Assembly: GCA_016748015.1 (NCBI GenBank)
Contig: JAAOMT010000603.1
Location: forward strand, 153,008 to 217,007
Source: Geosiphon pyriformis uo1
Taxonomy: Eukaryota > Fungi > Glomeromycota
Direction: 5' to 3'
DNA: 64,000 bases
The notes under the pieces were generated by a model, which was not told where the DNA came from, did not search any database, and saw only the letters and a list, made by a program, of their open reading frames with translations. Below, one piece after another: positions 25,695-35,172 of the stretch (positions within the stretch are counted from its first letter, which is position 1; each line of letters opens with the position of its first letter). A program made the position numbers and the translations under genes.

Positions 25695-25705
25695 CTGGTA
25701 ATATT

Positions 25706-25722
25706 TGGTGCTCTCCCACGGA
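25706..25722 (+). promoter_or_regulatory. E3 primer-binding site TGGTGCTCTCCCACGGA
   Basis: TGG start 2 nt after the displaced LTR end TAATA (decayed TAACA). Confidence 0.82.
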
Positions 25723-25748
25723 AATAACACAGTAACAACAAATTCAAA

Positions 25749-28700
25749 GTGGCAACCACACCAGACACAGCAACTCTAGAGTATTATCAGTCAATTTACA
25801 CCCACTGCAAACAAAGATTTAACATCCCAAACAGAATTAAAGTTGTCAAGAAATCAGTATACCAATACATTAAAAACCATATCAACATTTATCTTTTTGA
25901 AAACTACAACATTTCAGAAGTGAGAAGCAATTTCTACAACAATTTAGTGCACTATTCACAATTGAAAACAGAAGACCTGAACAGTGAAACACTTGCTACC
26001 TACTTCTAAGAACTTAATTTTAATATTATTGAGTATTGTGAAAAAAAATACCCAGTACAGTCTAAATACTCTTTTAACTTTGAATCAGAAACAAAGACAA
26101 GCAACAAAGGCAAACAAAAAGTGAAACAATACTCAAGAACCACTCCAAACACTTCAATACTACCAAAAACAACTGCCAAACACTTGCAAACACCTGAACA
26201 AGGAACCAGTATCAAATTACCACTTTCTATTACACCATTTCCAATTTCACTTGTTCAACCACAAACACCAAGTTCACTACTTAACTGTTTTTTTAGACCA
26301 GAAGATTTTCAGTCATTTAGAAATTCGACTTAACAACAAGAACCAATATCAACAAGTGCCAATATCATTGATTACTTACAGGAAAACAAAAGTAACCATT
26401 CAGAAAGCTTGGAAAGTAAAGAAACTGAATCAGAACCAGAAAAAATTACAGGAAACGAAAAAAAAATGACAACTGCTTACATTGCAAAAATTCCAGAATT
26501 CACTGGTGAAGACAATGATACCAGTCCTTAAGAATGACTTGACAAAGTTCAAAAAGCAGAAGATGCAAATGGTTGGATTGCAGTAAGAATGCTCAAACCA
26601 ATTCCCTACTTTCTTCAAAGAACAGCAGGAGAATGATTTGAAAATTTAGAAGAACCATTTGAAAACTGGCAAGCATTCAAAGATGCTTTCTTACAACAAC
26701 ACCTCTATTACTCTCTGCAATTGCTTTTACAATATCAAACAAAAAACATCTAAAACTGTTATGACCTATCTTGGAAGATTCAACAAACTTCTCAGACGAA
26801 TTTGACAATTGGAAACCAATGACTACTATTCTGATGCTTAAATTTTAGATCAGTTTATAGCAGAATTAAAAGACAAACTGATTAAAAAAGTCTGTCCACA
26901 TGCTCCAGCAGACTTAGCAACTGCCATTAAACATGCAAAGAGCTATGAAATGGCAATGAAAGAAGCAAATCACACCAAGCTTGTAAACCTTGCAATTAGA
27001 AAAACCAGCTTAGCAGCTGAAGAAAAGATAGACCAACTCACAAAAAAGGTTGAAAGCTACTTCACAAACCAACAACAACAGCAACAACAACCACAAAGAT
27101 ATCAACCCTCACAATAATACAACCAAAACAATTTTGGATTACCATCCAACAACCAATCTCAAAATTGTCATTATTGTGGAATTCCAGAACACTGGAAACG
27201 AGATTGTAAGAAATTACAAAGAGACCAACAAAACAGGAGTAATCAACATTACTCTTCATCATAACAATCTTATTACCAATCTTCACCACCAACCTATTAT
27301 TCACCAAGACCACAAAATCAAAACAGTTATTATCCACTAGTTCTACAACCAATGCAGCAACAATATCAGCAATCCTTACCAATTCAGCCATATCAGACAC
27401 CACCAACTCAACAATATCAAGTACCAGCAAGAAGATTGGTTCAACATAACCAATTCACACCCCAAAATCAATTTCAGAGTAACAACAACAGAATCAATCC
27501 AAATAACCAGTTGGTTCTCTGAAATTTTGGTCAGCAAAGACCCAATCACTATCACACTCAACCCAGTTATCTTACAATATCAGAGAAATCGGATTTTCAA
27601 CAACCTGCACTTTCTGAAGATAAAGTTACAACACCTAGATCAAACTCTTCCAATAACACTATTCTACCAGCTCAAATTGCCCAAAATACCAACCTTTCAG
27701 ATATATTCCCATTCGAATTTGAAGCAAATGAATCACCATTCTTGCTTAGTAATACAGCAGCTAATGAACAAAGAGCTATTATTGCTATGTATACTGAAAC
27801 TACAGTAGAAAGAAAATCCATCTGACTAATTCTAAACAGTAGATCAGCTGGAAGTATTATCACCTACCAGTTAATGCAACAGCTTCAAAGAACTGTTGAC
27901 AGACCAGCCCAAACTGTAATTGTTACAACAGATGGTATGAAAAAGACACCAGTAGGAGAAATCAACAATTTTCTATTCATCATTGATAAAATCACCATTC
28001 CAGTCAAAGTTCTAGTCATGGATACACCCCAATACCAAGCTTTGGTCGGAAATGATTGGCTTTTTAAGGCCAATGCAAACTTGGACTGAGAAACTCAGGA
28101 ATTAAAAATCTCATACCAAGAACAATACACCATAGTACCTGCTACTTGTGATACTTTTAACAAACAATCAAAAAAAGCCACAGTATTTGAATTTGAAAAG
28201 AAGAAAGAAATGCCACTTACTAAAACCTACATGGCTCTTGGATCAACATCCAATTGGACTGAAGAAACAGAACAAGAGATTTTTGAAGAATCAAGAGGAT
28301 GGAAGAAAGTTAGATATTCTACACCAAAACCACAGAAACAACCACCCTATATTCCACTCAAATGCAAAGATTGCAACAAGAAACTTTCATCAATGGAAGC
28401 ATGTATTTCTTCAGAAGAGGAATATGAAACTTGTACCTGTTACTTTTGCAAAGCATGCCATAGAGAACAATTTAGATCTTCAAAAAGAAGTAGAAAATGG
28501 GACAATACACCTTGCCTTACATGTGGAGATATGTTACCAGAAGAATGCAACTGGATTGATATTGCAATGAAAGGAGGAATATATAATCAAACCTGTTAAT
28601 ATGTTCTATTAATTTCGGAAAAAGTCAGAAGAGGAACACCATTTGATGCAGCATACAACAGTGCTCTCAATAAACTTTATCACTACTCTCATGATGCTGA

Positions 28701-31359
28701 AATGATTTTTGACTTAGCAACAGCATTGATCAATGAAACCACCCAAGAAGATGTCTACCAAATGAAAGAAGCTAAATACATTGAGTATACTATGGAATTA
28801 GCTGGATTTGATTATGAAGATAAAGTAGAAACCTACCACCAAATTGCAAGCCACACATATCTGACTTAAGAAGCTCAAATTCAACAATTAAAGCAAATGA
28901 ACATTCAATTATGTAAAAAATGCATCATGCCTTGTGATGACAAATAGTGTCCAGAATGCTATGCTCTTAGCATTCCTCTGCCAAAGGAAAATGATGAAAA
29001 TAAAATCGAATTTGGAGTATCTGAACTGGTAGAAGAACTACCAACTACTTCCATCTATCTTCTTGAAAAGCAACTACCTCTACAATTTAAATATTTCAAC
29101 AACCATGGCCAAGGAATCAAACCAGAAAAAGCACACGAAATTGATGCTAGATATGACCTAAAATACCCAGGAAAAGATACTTTGGTTCTCCAACCAAAGT
29201 TTTTGACAAAAATCAATCTCAAAATTGCTCTTGAAATTCCACCTAAAGCAATGGTTCAAATTGCATTCAGATTATTATTGGCAAGCAAAGGAATCAATGT
29301 TAAAAAAAGAGTTATAGATGCAGAATATACTGGAGACATTACCATCATGTTACAAAATGAAACAGACAAACCATTCAGGATTGAACATGCTGAGAAAATT
29401 GCCCAAGCAATTTACCTACCTCTAATCAACATTTCGAGGTTACAATCAGTTAAAAACAGAGAACAATTGGGAAAAAGTAAAAGAAAAACTCAAGGTTTTG
29501 GTTCAATTGAACGATTTTACAGTTCCAGTAAACATAGCTTTCAATACACAGAATAAATCTTACCAGATTCTTCAACTTTCTCAACCAATTACCATTCATC
29601 TTTTGGTAAACATCACGAAATTTACACTTGCTCAAAACCCACCACTATTCAACAAATCTTTGAATCCAATAAACAAATCTGTTTGAAGCATGAAATCTCA
29701 ATCCCAAACATTTATATTCCCAAAGGAATGAAAAAATTTCAAGTTACATTCTATAACCCCAATAATTACCTCATTGTCTTATTGAACAAACTAGAAATTG
29801 AAATCATACACAGTAACATTTTTCAAGATGAAAATCCTTAAATTGTCTCTAATTTTATCGAAATTATAAGACATACACTACTTCCAAATCCAAACATCAT
29901 TTCTACTACTGAAAACTACCACCTTTTGGAAGAAAAACTCTCTTGAATCAACATGGGTCCCTTGGAACCCCAACAACAAAGACAATTGAAACAATTGATA
30001 GCTGAATTCGCAGATATATTTGCAAAAGACAACAATGATCTTGAAAAAACGGATATTGTTAAACACCAAATCCATACAAGAAATGTTTCACCAAAACGAC
30101 AACAAACCTATCAAGTTCCACCTGCTAGCCACCAATTTATTAGAGAAGAGATCCAAAGAATGCTCAATAACGGATTGATTCAACTATTAAGAAGTCCATG
30201 AGCCTCACCAATAGTTCTTGTCAAAAAGAAAAACGGAAAAATCAGATTCTGTGTTGATTATTGACAATTGAATAGTATTACAATTGGAGATGCCTACTCT
30301 CTTCCAAAAATTGATAACATATTAAATGCTTTAAAAAAAGCCAAGTTCTTTTCAACTTTAGACTTGGAAAGTGAATACTGGCAAGTCAAAATGGATCCAA
30401 AAGATAGACCCAAAACAGCATTCACCACTCAAGGAGAAAACTATAAGTTCAATGTTATGCCTTTTGGACTCTGCAATGCACCAGCAATATTCCAACGACT
30501 CATGGATGTTGTATATGAAAGACTCTTGTGGCAGTTAGTGGTTGTCTATCTTGATGACACTGATGTATACTTACCAAGCTTTGAGGCTCATCTTATCTAC
30601 CTACAAGAAGTTTTTCAACGATTATGAAAAGCAGGATTGAAGTTAAATATTGAAAAATGTTACTTTGGAAAAACAAGCTTAATCTTCCTTGAACACATTG
30701 TTAGCAAAAATAGAGTTAAACCAAATTCTGGAACAATCAGTACTGTCAAAAACTTTCAAACTCTCAGAAATACCACAGAACTATGAGGATTTGTAGGATT
30801 AGCCTTTTACTATCGAAAATTTATAAAAAGATTCTCAGAAATTGTCAAACCACTCAATTATCTTACCAACAAAAACGTACCATACAAATGGACTGAAGAA
30901 CAACAAAAAGCTTTTGAAACCCTCAAAACAAAATTGACAACAGCCCCAGTTCTTGCTTACCCAGACTTCAACAAACAGTTCCAATTAGTCACTGATGCTT
31001 CACACATAACATTTGGTGCCATTCTATCACATTTGGATGAAAATGGCCAGAAACAAGTTATTGTCTATGCCAGTAAAACACTTAAGCCAACAGAACTCAA
31101 ATATGGCTCAACTGAATTAGAAGCTGCTGCCATCATTTGGGCTCTCAAACACTTTCAACAATACCTAAAGAATAGAAAAAAATTTGACATAATAACTGAC
31201 AATATTGGCCTTAAATGGCTCAATAAAAAGAAAACTGAACAAAATACCAAACAGTCTCAATGGAATGACTTCCTAGCAGACTACAGATATATTGTACACC
31301 ACAAACCAAGAAAACTACATACTAATGTTGATAGCCTCTCAAGAATGAGACAAGATTAA
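25749..31359 (+). pseudogene. gag-pol: E3 gag-pol polyprotein: N-terminal extension (GTG 25749), capsid (ATG 26466), CCHC, Q/N/P-rich linker, PR, Cys-rich module, dUTPase, RT, RNase H; stop TAA 31357-31359
   Basis: IPEFTGED; CHYCGIPEHWKRDC at 27166; LILNSRSAG (decayed DSG); YLDDT ~30547; TDAS..YAS; NVDSLSRMRQD*. Confidence 0.93.
29090..29515 (+). pseudogene. dut: dUTPase domain within E3 pol
   Basis: DARYDL, RLLLA (decayed RSSLA), VIDAEYTGDI, KIAQ, RKTQGFGS; aligns with the E2 dUTPase. Confidence 0.9.
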
Positions 31360-31416
31360 TACCAACAACAATTCCACCACAACTTATCAACCTACCAACA
31401 AAATAACCAAACAAAA

Positions 31417-32802
31417 ATGGATCCCAGAAATTACAGCAATCTTAAAAATTATTTGGAGACTCTTACCATGCCAGAAAACTGGTCTCCAAGTGAAAAACAT
31501 CATTTACAATACCAATCAAAACAATATTTTATACATTACAACAGAATCTATTACAAAAATTATAAAAACCCAAACCAACCACTCAGACTAATACAAGAAA
31601 ATGAAAATGAAACAATTCTATACAACATGCACACAGATTCTTCTTCAGAACATTTGGGAAGAAATAGAACAATTTAAAGAACTCTTGAACATTATTTTTG
31701 GCCTCAAATGCAAAAAGACATTCGACAATATATAGAATCTTGTGATAATTGTCAAAAAAGAAGAGGAACTCACCCCACAGAACCTTTAAATCCAATCAAA
31801 GTTGAACAATCTTTTGACAAAATTGGAATTGATTTAGTTGAACCATTACCTATCACAACCCAAGGAAATCATTATATTGCAGTTGCAGTAGATTATCTTA
31901 CCAAATGACCTGAAACTAGAGCCATTCAAAGAACAGATGCAAAATCAGTAGCAAATTTCATCTATGAAGACATTATTTGTAGACATAGATGCCCAATTGA
32001 ACTCTTATCTGATCAAGGAACACATTTTGTAAACAACCTAATACATGAAATTTGTGAATAATTCAATGTCAAAAGATCTCTATTATCACCTTATTACCCT
32101 CAAACAAATAGACTTGTAGAACATTTTAACAGAACATTGTGTAAATCTCTAGTCAAAGTCTCAACAGACTTTGAGCAGAAATGGAATATCTTTATTCCAT
32201 CAGTATTACTAGCATACAGAACACTAAAACAAAATACTACGAAACACACACTATTTGATTTAACTTATGGAAAGACAGCAACACTACCAATTAATTTCAC
32301 AGTAGAAACATATCCTGTACAACCAATTAATGAAGAAAACTTTTAAGAAACACTTCAAAGAAGGGCCTACATTCTTCTTAGTACACTGGAAGGAAAAAGA
32401 AGAATAGCAGCAACTTATATTGAACATTCCCAAGCTCAACAAAAAGAAAGACATAACAACAAATTACCACTCATAACCAACAAATTTAAAGTTAGAAATA
32501 AAGTTCTCTTACACAGAACTAAGGCTGAAAAACAATGGAGTGGAAAATTTGAAAACAAATAAGATGGACCATTTTATATTTATGAAATTCTAGGCAATAG
32601 ATCATACAAGTTAAGACTTGATGACAAAGTACTAGCAAAAGTTGCACATGGAGATAGATTGAAACACTATCATTCCAGAAACAATCCTAAACCATTAATT
32701 CCACAAATTAGTACACATTCCCCTTTAATTAATTCTGAAGATATTCCCCAAAATTTAGAACCAATAATTATAATAGAACAACAACCAAACTTAAACATTT
32801 AA
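31417..32802 (+). pseudogene. int: E3 integrase, own ATG after the RNase H stop (MDPRNYSNLKNYL...)
   Basis: MHTD...H..CDNC; GIDLV.PL; SDQGTHF; DGPFY; ends LEPIIIIEQQPNLNI*. Confidence 0.94.
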
Positions 32803-32947
32803 TTCAACATAATTTTACAATAATCTTTTAATAACACACAAAAGACAAAAATAATTACAAAACATCCAAAACCCAAAAACAAATAAAACTCCAGACCCAA
32901 AAATATTTTTCTTTATTTTTCCTTTTCATTAATTAGTCAATTTTATT

Positions 32948-33601
32948 ATGATTATTTCCTGAAATATTCAACAAATATCCCAAAAATTAATGTTAGCCTT
33001 AAAAACACTTCCTGACTTATCCATAATGATTAATGGAAGTCAAATTAATTACATTCAGAAAGAAACTACAGTCCCAGTAATAAATAATTCTCAGAACTAC
33101 CACTCCTATAGAAGAAAAACAAGAAGTTACTTTGAGAATAGGTTACCAGAACTTTTGAAGCAGGCACTAAAAGAAAACTTTTTATCTGCCCCTATTGACA
33201 TTCCACTAAATACCACAATATAACAAAAACTTTTACTATTATTTAATAAACAGAACAATGAACATACTCTCATATTTAAATATTTCTGCATTGAAAAAAC
33301 ACTTTATGAATGAAAACTAGAATTTGAAGCAACAAATACTATCCCAAAAGCCATACAAAAACAAATTCACAATGAATTCAAGACAGCAGCTGGATCAACA
33401 AACACTCACTACAAACTTAGAGCAGCTCTTAGACTCTATAACTTGTTTAATACTTGTAAAAATGTCCTACAAAACCCAATACTTCAACCATTGAAAATAC
33501 AATACATTGGAAAGCTTACAGAACTGAAATTTCAACAATTTTCAGAGCAAATCATTTCAATCATCTTGGACCACTATCTTAACATTACAGATAGTGCTTG
33601 A
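32948..33601 (+). pseudogene. E3 ORF3, accessory protein of unknown function (~217 aa, internal stops)
   Basis: ATG 32948 is in frame with ORF 32990-33223 and continues YFCIEKTL...RAALRLYNLF...IGKLTELKFQQF. Confidence 0.72.
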
Positions 33602-33620
33602 ACTTTAATAGAGCTCAGTC

Positions 33621-33635
33621 TTGAAGAGAAGGTTA
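33621..33635 (+). promoter_or_regulatory. E3 polypurine tract
   Basis: TTGAAGAGAAGGTTA before TGTTA. Confidence 0.78.
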
Positions 33636-34648
33636 TGTTACCAGTAGAATTTTAGCTATTAATTAGCATGAAATTATCTTTATAATTCCTATCATTAATT
33701 AACATGTTAATATCAATTCAAATTATCACTTATTATTTAATCAATTTATCACATATCACGATTCAATTAATAATCTAATTAGTACAACAGAAAGTAAGAT
33801 GATCAAATTACACAATACCCTGAACTTTGTAACATTCTAAAATTCACCAAAATTTACAGAAATTCGTCGAAATTTATATGAAATTCGCCGAAATTTATAG
33901 AAATTTGCCAAAATTATGAATAGTTCACCCAAATTAATTAATAGTTCAGTGAAATAACTTGTAGTTCATCAAAATGTATCTTTAGTTCACCAAAATTTGA
34001 GCAAAGAGGAAAAGTGTAAGTTCATAGACTAGTATTACAACAAGTTGTATAAAAAAAAAGCTTTTCTCTTTAAGAAAATATATTTTGTTTTAGATTTATC
34101 ACTTAGAACCATTTCTACACACACAAAAAGAAATAAATATCAAATAATTCGAAAAAAAAACCAAATTCTTTAATTATTGCACTTGGAACATCTCCAAAAC
34201 CCAACTAACATTTTGAAATTGATTAGCTACCAATTTCAGTAAACTGTTAGTGACTCCAGGCCTGGATAGAAAACGTTTCCCTTGACAGAATTCTATTTCT
34301 TTTACATTTTTTTTATTTTCTTGTATTTTCTTATTACAATCATTAGGGTAGCCTACAGACAAGATTTCTGTAGAAGAGTTGACTTTCACAGCAAAGTAAC
34401 TACACATTTTAGTGAGCTTCCAGACGAGCAATTCCTGGGAAAGAGTTGATGTTTACTACAATGTAACTACATAAAGTAACTGGCATGGAATTGGCCATTC
34501 CACTTATAAGCCCAGCAGTTCAAATTATAGGAGATAATTTGAAGATAAATTCAGTTACTGGAGGTCCAACTACTTCTAAAAAACGTGAATTTACAATAAA
34601 CAGACATTAACAACATTTAAGAAAAGAGACCAAAAACCTTCAGTAACA
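33636..34648 (+). repeat. E3 3' LTR (1013 bp)
   Basis: TGTTACC...CAGTAACA; direct repeat of 14565-15571. Confidence 0.96.
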
Positions 34649-35172
34649 GTGACAAAACATGGGCTCAGGTGGTTTCATCTGTTGCTTTCCTTAATAATAT
34701 TGATTCTGAATCTAATCCTCACTCTTCTGTTTCTGGTGTTTCAGATAAAAAAAAGAAATGTGTTGGTTTTTGACAATGTTTTGTTAATTGGTAATTTTTT
34801 GGCTTCTCTGAAACACTTTTTAAAGCTTTTGGCCAATCAGATTTTGAGTATTATAAAAAAGTTAAATATGGTTGATCTGATGCCTCTGGTATTTGTTTTG
34901 CAACTTTTCTCTTCCACTGTGGTTGTATCTTTAGATGTGAATTTAGATATAAATATGGCTATGGGTGATTTACAAATCTTCTCTATTTTTTTTTCCTTGG
35001 TTGTAAGTGTTGATACTATGAAATTAGATTTAAGCAGTTCTAAGATCTTAATCACTAAGGTAGACAGTTTAGAATCGAAAATAGTCACTCTTAAAATTTC
35101 AGTCAATTCAGTTTTGGCAAGATTGAATCAATTGTATGCTGGCTTGGCTTTTTTAGTAAACCTCTTCTTCTA

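Larger units (their letters stand above)
14565..34648 (+). mobile_element. Ty3/Gypsy LTR retrotransposon E3 (dUTPase-bearing), full-length, 5' LTR interrupted by E2
   Basis: LTRs 14565-15571(+25699-25703) and 33636-34648; TSD GTAA/GTGA (one mismatch); PBS 25706; PPT 33621-33635; gag-PR-Cys-dUTPase-RT-RH, IN, ORF3. Confidence 0.96.

Noticed and set aside
32650-32802. Chromodomain at the integrase C-terminus
   Set aside because: IN ends ~45 aa after the GPY/F module with EPIIII; no aromatic-cage or Y.VKW motif in any of the three elements.
34174-34431. Antisense ORF present in both E3 LTRs (also 15147-15335)
   Set aside because: Duplicated only because the LTRs are duplicates; short, no motif, and length differs between copies.
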